DNA from: Bacteroidales bacterium UBA4788
Lineage (GTDB): Bacteria; Bacteroidota; Bacteroidia; Bacteroidales; VadinHA17
Assembly: GCA_002402965.1 (NCBI GenBank)
Contig: DHGW01000002.1
Coordinates: forward strand, 24,771-88,770
Reading direction: 5' to 3'
Length of the DNA: 64,000 nt
Translations under genes and position numbers: made by a program
In this document: one piece after another, positions 55,940 to 64,000 of the stretch
Position numbering within the stretch: position 1 is the stretch's first letter
Layout: every line of letters begins with the position of its first letter
The notes under the pieces: model-generated
Seen by the model: the letters and a program-made list of their open reading frames with translations, nothing else
What the model was told of the DNA's origin: nothing
The model's database searches: none

Positions 55940-56081
55940 AAGTGACAGTTTTTCACGATTTTGAAAAATAAAGGTACAGAATACTCCGTAAAAATGCAAT
56001 GAATATTCCGAATCAGAGCCATTCAAACCAATTCTTTTCTATATTAGATCACTATTATCAAACCCTAAAAAACTCTGCGTA

Positions 56082-57995
56082 ATGAAGTCACTTATCCGGT
56101 TCTTCGAAGAAAATGTGGAAAAGTATGCCTCCAACATCTGCCTGTGGGAGAAGTTGCAGGAAAAGTATGAAGGTACCACCTACCAGGAAACCAGGCGCCA
56201 GGTGCAGGAGTTCGGCGCCGGCCTTATGCAACTGGGAATCAAAAAGGGGGACCGCGTCAGCCTTCTTGCTGACGGGCGCAACAGCTGGGTCATAGGTGAG
56301 CTGGGTATACTCTATGCCGGCGGTGTGAATGTACCTCTCTCCATCAAACTGAACCCGGAAGAGATAAGGTTCCGCCTCTCCCACTCAGGATCAAAGATGG
56401 TGATAACCTCGAGCACCCAGGCTCCGAAGATACTGGAGGTTATTGACAGGTGTCCCGACTTGCTGAAGGTTATCTTCATGGATCCGAGGGAAGAGTATTC
56501 CGACGGGCAGATCCATTTCAACGAAGTCAGGAAAATCGGACGCGAATGGCTTGAGAATCCCGCCAACAGGAAAAGTTTCGAGGATTTTACTGCCACAATT
56601 ACTCCTTCCGATTACGCCAATATTTGCTACACCTCTGGCACCACAGCCGATCCCAAGGGGATCATACTCACCCACGGCAACTACGTGACCAACGTGTACC
56701 AGTCATACAGCCTGATGGACATACCGCAGTACTACAAGACTCTTCTCATACTGCCATGGGACCATTCATTCGCCCATACGGCAGGGATCTACGCTTTCAT
56801 GGGCAAGGGGGCCAGCATTGCATCTGTAAAGGTGGGCAAGACACCGATGGAGACGCTGCGCAACATACCCATTTGCATGAAGGAGATAAAACCCAACCTT
56901 CTGATGAGCGTCCCGGCGCTGGCCAAGAACTTCCGTAAGAACATCGAAAAGGGAATCAGGGAGAAGGGGAAGATGACTGAGGCTCTCTTCTACTTCGCCC
57001 TCAGGACGGCCTATTCATATAATAAGGAGGGATACAATAAGGGACGCGGGGTGCAGCAGCTCAAGAAGCCGCTGCTCAGGCTTTTCGACAAGATCCTGTT
57101 CAGTAAGGTAAGAGAGGCATTCGGCGGCGAGCTCGAATTCTTCATCGGCGGGGGTGCATTGCTAGACATCGAGCTGCAGCGCTTCTTTTATGCAATAGGG
57201 ATCCCAATGTACCAGGGATACGGCCTCTCTGAGGCATCACCCATAATTTCTTCGAACTCCGTTAAAAGACATAAACTTGGATCATCAGGGTTCCTCGTAA
57301 ACAACATGGACCTGAAGATATGCGATGATGACGGCAACGAACTGCCGACAGGCCAGAAGGGTGAGATAGTGATTCGCGGCGGCAACGTCATGCACGGATA
57401 CTGGAAGAACGAGGCCGCCACCAATGATGCTATCCGGGACGGCTGGCTTTACACGGGTGACATGGGATACATGTCAGAGGACGGGTTCCTTTATGTACTT
57501 GGACGATTCAAGAGCCTGCTGATAGCTGACGACGGCGAGAAGTTCAGTCCCGAGGGAATAGAAGAGGCTATCAGCGAACAATCGAAATATATAGACCAGT
57601 GCATGCTTTACAACAACCAGAAGCCTTATACAGTGGCACTTATTGTTCCAAACCAGCATGCCCTGAAGCTGTACCTCGAGGACCACAACATGACAGCCAC
57701 TACCGAGGAGGGAAAGAGGGCGATTCTCAACCTGATTGAGAATGAGGTCAATGAATACCGTATCAACGGCAAGTACGGGCATATGTTTCCGCATCGCTGG
57801 CTGCCTGTTGCAATGGGAGTCCTTAACGAGAGCTTTAACGAAACCAACGGCATGATGAATTCAACCATGAAGATCGTCAGGGGCAAGATAATCGAGAGGT
57901 ACCAGGATCTCATTGACTGGCTCTACACGCCGATGGGCAAGATAGCATACAATGAACGCAACATGGAAGAGGTCGAGAAGATGAAACTCGGCTGA
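56082..57995 (+). CDS. fadD: long-chain-fatty-acid--CoA ligase (AMP-forming)
   Basis: YTSGTTADPKGI AMP-binding motif, GYGLSE and YTGDMGYMSEDGFLYVLGR. Confidence 0.85.
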   Translation: MKSLIRFFEENVEKYASNICLWEKLQEKYEGTTYQETRRQVQEFGAGLMQLGIKKGDRVSLLADGRNSWVIGELGILYAGGVNVPLSIKLNPEEIRFRLSHSGSKMVITSSTQAPKILEVIDRCPDLLKVIFMDPREEYSDGQIHFNEVRKIGREWLENPANRKSFEDFTATITPSDYANICYTSGTTADPKGIILTHGNYVTNVYQSYSLMDIPQYYKTLLILPWDHSFAHTAGIYAFMGKGASIASVKVGKTPMETLRNIPICMKEIKPNLLMSVPALAKNFRKNIEKGIREKGKMTEALFYFALRTAYSYNKEGYNKGRGVQQLKKPLLRLFDKILFSKVREAFGGELEFFIGGGALLDIELQRFFYAIGIPMYQGYGLSEASPIISSNSVKRHKLGSSGFLVNNMDLKICDDDGNELPTGQKGEIVIRGGNVMHGYWKNEAATNDAIRDGWLYTGDMGYMSEDGFLYVLGRFKSLLIADDGEKFSPEGIEEAISEQSKYIDQCMLYNNQKPYTVALIVPNQHALKLYLEDHNMTATTEEGKRAILNLIENEVNEYRINGKYGHMFPHRWLPVAMGVLNESFNETNGMMNSTMKIVRGKIIERYQDLIDWLYTPMGKIAYNERNMEEVEKMKLG

Positions 57996-58014
57996 CCCCT
58001 TAAACTATCATGAC

Positions 58015-59859
58015 ATGAAGTCCGTACTGATTCCGGTTTTTATCGTCACTGCCGGAGTGATGTCTTTTTGCACCAGGGAAAAGAGTCCTGAGTGGAAACC
58101 TGCAGAAAATCCTCTTTACACAGTTTGGGGCGAGACCATTGACCCCGCTTCTCCCTGGGCGGAATACCCCAGGCCCGGGCTGGAGAGAAGTGAATGGATG
58201 AGCCTGAACGGCATGTGGGACTATATCATCTGCGGAAAGGATGAAGATCGGCTGGCACCGCAGGGAAAAATCCTGGTCCCCTACCCTGTCGAGTCAGCCC
58301 TCTCGGGGGTAAAGGCAAGAATGACTGACTCGCTCGCAATATGGTATTCGCGTGAGTTCGTTATCCCAAAAGACTGGAAGGATAAACAGGTGATTATCAA
58401 CTTCGAAGCCTCAGACTGGGAAACTACCGTCTGGATTGACGACAATTTCGCCATCAGCCACCGCGGTGGATATGACCCCTTCACCTGCAATATCACCCCC
58501 TATCTTTCTGACACGAAGAGACACTCCATCGTGGTGAAGGTAACCGATCCAACTGACAGGAGCAGGCAACCCAGAGGCAAGCAGGTCATGAAGCCCGGTG
58601 GGATATGGTATACGCCCACCAGCGGCATATGGCACAGTGTCTGGCTCGAGCCGGTTGAAAAGACATGGATAGGTGATCTCAGAGTTGTCCCTGATATTGA
58701 CAATGGGATGCTTTATGTTACTGTTATCGAAGAGCGTTGCCAGGGCCCCGAGGGCTGTCCGCCAGTTGACATGGCTCCCTCACTTGCGGAGGTGACCCTC
58801 ACATCAGAAGGCAAAACAGTGTCTGTGGCATCAGGCATCACCGGTACCCCTTTGAACCTTCCTGTACCGGATGCTAAGCTGTGGAGTCCCGACGATCCGT
58901 ACCTGTATGACCTGAAGGTACGGCTTGTCACGGGGGGCACAGTAACTGACGAGGTGAAGTCATATGCGGGGATGAGGAAAATATCACTTGGGGTCGCTGA
59001 AGACGGATTCACGCGTATCATGCTCAACAACAAGTTCGTATGGCAGAACGGTCCGCTTGACCAGGGCTTCTGGCCTGACGGCCTCTACACCCCGCCGTCT
59101 GATGAAGCGATGAAGTATGACATTGAGATGCTGAAGAAGATGGGATTCAACATGCTGCGGAAGCATGTCAAGGTCGAAAACAGGAGGTTTTATTACCATA
59201 CTGACCGCATGGGAATGCTTGTATGGCAGGACATGCCCAGCGGTGATGACTACATCTGGGGAGATAAACCTGACATCTCCAAGAGTCCTGCCGACTCTGC
59301 CCTCTTCATGACGGAGCTGACCAGGATGATAGAGACGAAGTACAACAACCCGTCCATTGTCATGTGGGTGGTCTACAATGAAGGCTGGGGACAGTATGAC
59401 ACTCCCGGAGTAACAAACTATGTGACCGCGCTTGACACCACGAGGCTTGTCAACAGCACATCTGGATGGACCGATCGTGGGACGGGACATGTACTTGATA
59501 TTCATCACTATCCGGATCCGGTTTCACCGGAACCTGAGAAAGAGAGGGCCATTGTGCTTGGTGAGTTCGGAGGCCTGGGATTGCCCGTACAGGGTCATAC
59601 GTGGGAACAGAAGAACTGGGGTTATGAAAAGATGGGTGACAGCGCAGCGCTGCTCAATAAATACAGGGAGTTCTACGCCCTGGTGAGGCAGATGGTTGCG
59701 GAGAAAGGACTTAGCGCCACAGTCTATACACAGACCACGGATGTTGAGACAGAGACCAACGGTCTGATGACCTATGACCGGAAAGTTGACAAGATGGGAT
59801 TTGAGAACGTAAGGAAGGCTATGTCCATTCCAGGGGAGGCAACAGGCAATAGGCAGTAG
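58015..59859 (+). CDS. glycoside hydrolase family 2 protein, secreted/lipoprotein
   Basis: Sugar-binding-domain block WYSREFVIPKDWKDKQVIINFEASDWETTVWIDD, an Ig-like middle region and a TIM barrel with VVYNEGWGQ (acid/base NE). Confidence 0.8.
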   Translation: MKSVLIPVFIVTAGVMSFCTREKSPEWKPAENPLYTVWGETIDPASPWAEYPRPGLERSEWMSLNGMWDYIICGKDEDRLAPQGKILVPYPVESALSGVKARMTDSLAIWYSREFVIPKDWKDKQVIINFEASDWETTVWIDDNFAISHRGGYDPFTCNITPYLSDTKRHSIVVKVTDPTDRSRQPRGKQVMKPGGIWYTPTSGIWHSVWLEPVEKTWIGDLRVVPDIDNGMLYVTVIEERCQGPEGCPPVDMAPSLAEVTLTSEGKTVSVASGITGTPLNLPVPDAKLWSPDDPYLYDLKVRLVTGGTVTDEVKSYAGMRKISLGVAEDGFTRIMLNNKFVWQNGPLDQGFWPDGLYTPPSDEAMKYDIEMLKKMGFNMLRKHVKVENRRFYYHTDRMGMLVWQDMPSGDDYIWGDKPDISKSPADSALFMTELTRMIETKYNNPSIVMWVVYNEGWGQYDTPGVTNYVTALDTTRLVNSTSGWTDRGTGHVLDIHHYPDPVSPEPEKERAIVLGEFGGLGLPVQGHTWEQKNWGYEKMGDSAALLNKYREFYALVRQMVAEKGLSATVYTQTTDVETETNGLMTYDRKVDKMGFENVRKAMSIPGEATGNRQ

Positions 59860-59934
59860 GCAATTGTGACAATATCGTATGCCATACGGGCCCTGTTGTC
59901 AACACTACTTCCTATTGCCTAATGCCTGCTGCCT
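59837..59934. repeat. inverted pair of 4-unit heptamer arrays (AGGCARY) flanking a 42-nt spacer
   Basis: Left arm AGGCAAC AGGCAAT AGGCAGT AGGCAAT (59837-59864; it encodes the last codons and stop of the GH2 gene). Right arm ACTTCCT ATTGCCT AATGCCT GCTGCCT (59907-59934) is the same word on the other strand. The spacer contains the palindrome CGTATGCCATACG. Confidence 0.55.
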
Positions 59935-59936
59935 AG

Positions 59937-59966
59937 GCAGACTGATCAGACGATCAGTCTGCTTTT
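59937..59966 (+). terminator. rho-independent terminator for the GH2 gene, overlapping the 3-prime end of the convergent HD gene
   Basis: Perfect 11-bp stem GCAGACTGATC / GATCAGTCTGC, loop AGAC, then TTTT. Confidence 0.7.
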
Positions 59967-60497
59967 AAATGGCAGAAATGTCATGAAGTCAGCGTGATGC
60001 ACAATATAGGCTTCGGTGGTTCGCTTCACCAGGTCACCTTCATGGGCATGGGCTGCAATAATATGACACACTTCAGGCGGCACTCCGCACTCTTCGGCCA
60101 GGCTGACGCCTGAGAAGGGGTGCCGGAGATACTGTCCGTATTTGCCCTGGACGGCTTTGCCGTTTGCATCAAGTTCATATTCAAGCATCTTGCCAACATC
60201 TGCAAGGATGGCTCCTGCAATGACTACGTCCATATTGACCGGCAGGTCATTACGGAAGAACTCGTTCATCTTTAGACCTGCCTCACGAGCCACATGCACC
60301 ACGCATCTCTTGTGATCCATGAATGTCACCTTAAGGTCAGGTCCGCAGAGAAGCGTGAAAGGTATTCGATTAAGGTCATCAACAGTCAGAACGCTTCGTT
60401 CAAGAGCCACCTCCCATGTGCGGGCTGTTTGCTCCTTCAGTCCCGGATCACTGATCCACTCCAGTTCAGGCCATAGTTTCTTTACCTCCTCAGTCAT
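59946..60497 (-). CDS. HD-domain-like phosphohydrolase family protein (HD dyad reads AD)
   Basis: 183 aa. The H...(H)D...H...HH...D spacing is present (FMDHKRCVVHVA, ILADVGK, YLRHPFSG, IIAAHAHEGD, IVHHADFM), but the usual LLHDIGK block is ILADVGK. Confidence 0.65.
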   Translation of the reverse strand: MTEEVKKLWPELEWISDPGLKEQTARTWEVALERSVLTVDDLNRIPFTLLCGPDLKVTFMDHKRCVVHVAREAGLKMNEFFRNDLPVNMDVVIAGAILADVGKMLEYELDANGKAVQGKYGQYLRHPFSGVSLAEECGVPPEVCHIIAAHAHEGDLVKRTTEAYIVHHADFMTFLPFKSRLIV

Positions 60498-60503
60498 GGC
60501 ATG

Positions 60504-61700
60504 TCACTTTAAGCGTGCAATGATTGCATCAGTCATCTGGATGGTCGAGGCTGCCCCCATGGTCACAACCTCGGGCTTGCCTGTCATCTTCATCATGTCG
60601 TACGACCTGACCTTGCCCTCCTCGATTACTTCGGCGATTGCCTTGCGTATGCGTGCGGCGGTCTCCTTCTCTTCGATATAGTCAAGCATCATGCATCCTG
60701 ACTCTATCATTGCAATCGGGTTTACGATCGGTACCTCGTAACCGGCATATTTGGGAGCTGATCCATGGGTGGGTTCGAATACCCCTATTCCTTCCTCCGA
60801 GAACTGCGCGCTGCACGCAAAGCCCAGTCCGCCAATGAGTCCTGCGAATGCATCAGATACGATGTCACCGAACATGTTTCCGGCGACGATCACACCGTAA
60901 TCTTCGGGATTCTTGGTAAGCCACATCATCTGTGCATCAATATTGGTATTCCAGAGCTGTATAGAACCAAACTCATTCTTCTGCATTTCCTTGGCAATCT
61001 TCCACATGAGTCCGGATGTCTCACGGATTACGTTTGGTTTTTCGCAGACGGTGACCGATTTGTAGCCAAATTTCACGGCATGTTCAAAGGCGGCCCTGAC
61101 AATACGTTCGGTATATTTCCTGGTAAAAATTCTGGTTGATACCGCAAGTTCCTCTTTCGGGCACCATCCAAAGTTATCGCGGAACTTGGGATGAGTCATC
61201 AGTGCCTCATATACCTGCTGTGGAGGGTTGGACCACTCCACTCCGCCGTAGAGACCTTCGGTGTTCTGCCTGAATATCACGACATCTACCATGGGCTCCT
61301 CCGGGTTGCCATCCTTGCCACGACGGATGAAGTTGAGAGGATTGCCCTTATAGCTGCGGCACGGCCTTACGCAGATGTCGAGGCCGAAGTGCTGCCTCAG
61401 GCCGACGATGGGGCTGCTATATGTATATCCCTTGCCCTGAAGGGCCGGAGAGAGTTCGGCAGCAGCATCATCCTTGGGTTTGGATGTGATTGCGCCAAAC
61501 AAAGCGATTTTGTGCTCTGCTATCAGGTCAATAGTGCGCTGAGGAAGAGGGTTGCCTTCACGGCACCAGAAATCCCACCCGATATCCCCGTAGACGTATT
61601 CAGCATTGAATCCTGCCGCATCAAGGACACGGACTGCCTGTTTCAGGACAACGGCTCCGATGCCGTCTCCCGGCAGGGCCACAATTGTACGTTTAGCCAT
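60504..61700 (-). CDS. isocitrate/isopropylmalate dehydrogenase family protein (probably isocitrate dehydrogenase-like)
   Basis: IVALPGDGIG start, IVGLRQHFGLDICVRPCR, VVIFRQNTEGLY, NMFGDIVSDAFAGLIGGLG and EPTHGSAPK, which are the classic beta-decarboxylating dehydrogenase blocks. Confidence 0.8.
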   Translation of the reverse strand: MAKRTIVALPGDGIGAVVLKQAVRVLDAAGFNAEYVYGDIGWDFWCREGNPLPQRTIDLIAEHKIALFGAITSKPKDDAAAELSPALQGKGYTYSSPIVGLRQHFGLDICVRPCRSYKGNPLNFIRRGKDGNPEEPMVDVVIFRQNTEGLYGGVEWSNPPQQVYEALMTHPKFRDNFGWCPKEELAVSTRIFTRKYTERIVRAAFEHAVKFGYKSVTVCEKPNVIRETSGLMWKIAKEMQKNEFGSIQLWNTNIDAQMMWLTKNPEDYGVIVAGNMFGDIVSDAFAGLIGGLGFACSAQFSEEGIGVFEPTHGSAPKYAGYEVPIVNPIAMIESGCMMLDYIEEKETAARIRKAIAEVIEEGKVRSYDMMKMTGKPEVVTMGAASTIQMTDAIIARLK

Positions 61701-61813
61701 AGTTTTATAATTAAATCTGTGTTTTTTCGTCTTCCGTAAAAATATAGTTTTTATTGAGTTTAAAAAAAGAGTTTCAGCAGGTAAAATTCATAATCGTTCC
61801 GAGGGAAAAAAAC

Positions 61814-61821
61814 TATATTTG
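61814..61821 (+). promoter_or_regulatory. -7 promoter box (TAnnTTTG) for pepD
   Basis: TATATTTG, 40 nt upstream of ATG 61861. Confidence 0.35.
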
Positions 61822-61860
61822 CCGCCTGAGCAATATATCACATTTGAAAATAATATAACC

Positions 61861-63324
61861 ATGGGTGAACTGGGGGAGATGAAGCCAAAGAAGGTCTGGA
61901 CTTACTTTGAGGAGATAAGCAGGATACCGAGGCTCTCCAAGAATGAAGGGAGGATCAGGGCACACCTTCTTGATTTTGCGCAGAAGCACAACCTTGAGGC
62001 CAGGGAAGACAGCGTAGGAAACATACTTATTATAAGAGAACCCGCTCCCGGCAAGGAGAAGGTAAAGACGGTCGTATTACAGAGCCACCTTGATATGGTG
62101 GGTGAAAAAAATGCCTCTCATCCGCACAACTGGGATGAGGATCCGATTGTTCCCGTGGTTGACGGCAGGTGGGTGACCGCCACCGGTACCACCCTTGGTG
62201 CAGATGACGGGATAGGAATCGCGGCACAGATGGCTGTGCTTACCGATCCCTACCTGCAGTGCGGACGTATTGAGTGCCTCTTCACCGTTGATGAGGAGTC
62301 CGGGATGACAGGGGCAATTAATTTAAAACCGGATTTCTTCAAAGGCCGTATATTGCTGAACCTCGATTCCGAGGATGAAGGAATTCTCTTTATCGGCTGT
62401 GCCGGTGGAATTGATACGCAGGCGCTTCTTCCCTACAGCCCCGAGAGGGTGAATTCGGGTCACAGGGCGATGAACATATCCGTCACCGGCCTCCACGGAG
62501 GTCACTCGGGCGACGAGATACACAAGGGATACGGCAACTCTATCAAAATCATTTCCGGACTATTGCAGGACCTTGAGAGGAAATATGACATCAGGATAAG
62601 TAATTTTTCCGGCGGTAACCTGCGAAATGCCATCCCAAGGGAGGCCTTCGTGACAGTGACCTTCAATCCCGCGCATGAAGAAGAGATACTGGCTGACACG
62701 GCTTCCTATCATTCACTGGTAAGGGATGAGTATGGTGCTCTGGAGCCTGACCTGAAGGTTTCAGCAATCCCGGCAGATATCCCTGAGCTGGTTATTGACG
62801 GCGGGACACAGCACCGGCTTCTCGGGGCCCTGAGCATTGTGCCTCACGGAGTGCTGGGATGGTCAAAGGAGATACCCGACCTCGTTGAGACATCGAGCAA
62901 CCTGGCCACCATAAGGCTCACCGATGACAACATGATACACGTTGTCACCACCCAGAGAAGCTCCTCTGAGGAGGCGAAGCACTATGCAGCCATGAAGGCT
63001 GAGACCAGCTTCGATCTTGCCGGCGCAAAAGTGACTCATTCCGACGGGTACCCTGGCTGGCAGCCTAACATGAACTCGGCAATTCTCAGGCTGATGATTG
63101 AGTCATACCGCAAGCTCTTCGGCAAGGTGCCGCAGGTAAAGGCAATTCATGCAGGGCTTGAGTGCGGGCTTATCCTTGAGAAATACAAGGGAATAGATAT
63201 GATATCATTCGGTCCTACAATCAAGGGAGCCCATACTCCCGAGGAGCGGATCGAGATTGAGACGGTTCAGATGTTCTGGGACCTGCTTATTGATGTGCTG
63301 AGGCATATCCCTGAAGCTGATTAG
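61861..63324 (+). CDS. pepD: aminoacyl-histidine (Xaa-His) dipeptidase, M20C
   Basis: Collinear with E. coli PepD from the N-terminus: [46 protein letters not shown] and [15 protein letters not shown]. Confidence 0.85.
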   Translation: MGELGEMKPKKVWTYFEEISRIPRLSKNEGRIRAHLLDFAQKHNLEAREDSVGNILIIREPAPGKEKVKTVVLQSHLDMVGEKNASHPHNWDEDPIVPVVDGRWVTATGTTLGADDGIGIAAQMAVLTDPYLQCGRIECLFTVDEESGMTGAINLKPDFFKGRILLNLDSEDEGILFIGCAGGIDTQALLPYSPERVNSGHRAMNISVTGLHGGHSGDEIHKGYGNSIKIISGLLQDLERKYDIRISNFSGGNLRNAIPREAFVTVTFNPAHEEEILADTASYHSLVRDEYGALEPDLKVSAIPADIPELVIDGGTQHRLLGALSIVPHGVLGWSKEIPDLVETSSNLATIRLTDDNMIHVVTTQRSSSEEAKHYAAMKAETSFDLAGAKVTHSDGYPGWQPNMNSAILRLMIESYRKLFGKVPQVKAIHAGLECGLILEKYKGIDMISFGPTIKGAHTPEERIEIETVQMFWDLLIDVLRHIPEAD

Positions 63325-63488
63325 CTGTATTCTTCGAACTCATCCGGCGGGGCGCCGCACACCGGACAGGACCATCCAGAGGGCAGATCTTCAAACGCCG
63401 TTCCGGGTTCAACATCGCCCAGCGGGTCACCGATCGCAGGGTCATAAATGTACCCGCATACCGGGCACCTGTATTTTTTTATTTCCAT
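63321..63488 (-). CDS. rubredoxin
   Basis: Absent from the ORF track (55 aa). The reverse strand reads [55 protein letters not shown], with two CxxCG knuckles at canonical spacing and the conserved DP..G..PGT.F..LP..W.CP.CG pattern. Confidence 0.85.
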   Translation of the reverse strand: MEIKKYRCPVCGYIYDPAIGDPLGDVEPGTAFEDLPSGWSCPVCGAPPDEFEEYS

Positions 63489-63498
63489 AGAATGTAAT

Positions 63499-64000
63499 TT
63501 ATCGCTTCACTTTGCGGACGGCATCAATTACAGTACCGTCAACCCATTTGATTGCTGCGACCACTCTCTCGTCAAAGGCTGCCTTTTCCGGCTTTCCGCA
63601 AATTCTTTCGGCCGTCTCCTTCAGCTCTTCAATGGTTACCAGCGGTAGTCCCTTGCCGTGCACTGCATCAAGCAGATCCTGCCGGCGGGGATTGATTGCG
63701 ATGCCCCTTTCCGTAATGATCACGTCAATTAGTTCGCCAGGTCCGCAGAGAGTGGTCACCCGGTCAACAATCACCGGTATCCTGTCGCGGAACAGCGGAA
63801 CGGGTATGATCACGTTACGCGCGTGAAGGCAATTCTGCCATCCGCCTATACCGTGAAGAAGCAGGCCGTCAGAGTGGGTGACGACGTTGCCGTTGAAGTT
63901 TATATCAATCTCCGTGGCACCCAGGATCATGATGTCCATCATGGTTGTCAGGTTGCCTTTGGAGTGGTAGTTGTATGCGTTGAAAACCGGGTAAGGGATG
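63499..64000 (-). CDS. citF: citrate lyase alpha subunit (citrate CoA-transferase), C-terminal part; gene continues past the window end
   Basis: ..[32 protein letters not shown]...[32 protein letters not shown].. matches the CitF C-terminal region. The frame is open upstream of the ORF-track Met through position 64000. Confidence 0.8.
   Translation of the reverse strand, partial: IPYPVFNAYNYHSKGNLTTMMDIMILGATEIDINFNGNVVTHSDGLLLHGIGGWQNCLHARNVIIPVPLFRDRIPVIVDRVTTLCGPGELIDVIITERGIAINPRRQDLLDAVHGKGLPLVTIEELKETAERICGKPEKAAFDERVVAAIKWVDGTVIDAVRKVKR

Noticed and set aside
1-64000. Searched by eye for tRNA/rRNA genes, transposases, integrases, phage genes and long direct or inverted repeats marking mobile elements.
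   Set aside because: None recognised. The intergenic regions are short, and the only repeats seen are the short arrays and hairpins already listed. A computational scan (tRNAscan-SE, Infernal, ISfinder) would be needed to exclude them formally.

Overview
This is a 64-kb, gene-dense chromosomal segment with about 60 protein-coding genes. I recognised no rRNA, tRNA, CRISPR array, transposase or integrase. The gene content points to an anaerobic member of the Bacteroidota: a T9SS type-B C-terminal sorting domain, DUF3078 and DUF4197 proteins, divergent TamB/TsaD, ExbB-ExbD-TonB, exact TAnnTTTG -7 promoter boxes, rubredoxin and citrate lyase. Most genes are housekeeping: glyA, purA, upp, tsaD, an RSH (p)ppGpp enzyme, fur, pepD, a pair of M16 peptidases, a ClC channel and zupT. 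There are also glycan and amino-sugar genes (GH38, GH2, nagA, a ROK kinase, an MFS transporter). Six things deserve a second look. (1) An uncharacterised operon at 5.1-7.9 kb encodes an opine-dehydrogenase-family enzyme and a single-chain protein that joins a B12-binding-like domain to what looks like a glutamate-mutase-E-like barrel. The cobalamin ligand motif is altered, and a terminator-like leader precedes the operon. (2) A respiratory module at 8.6-12.0 kb (TAT FeS subunit, NrfD, cytochrome c, haem O synthase) is visibly decaying: an in-frame TAG, an in-frame TAA, a homopolymer frameshift and lost cofactor ligands. (3) An amino-sugar operon has no canonical nagB but carries SIS/UPF0309-like and URO-D-family genes, plus a ROK kinase that lacks its zinc motif. 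(4) Two loci (28.3 kb and 59.85 kb) place short tandem octamer or heptamer arrays between a stop codon and an intrinsic terminator. (5) A 55-codon rubredoxin gene is absent from the ORF track. (6) There are several smaller oddities: an HD domain reading AD, a 46-codon Rossmann remnant, tandem beta-lactamase-fold paralogues and an orphan receiver after glyA. All functional calls come from reading the translations and recalling family motifs. No database search was run.
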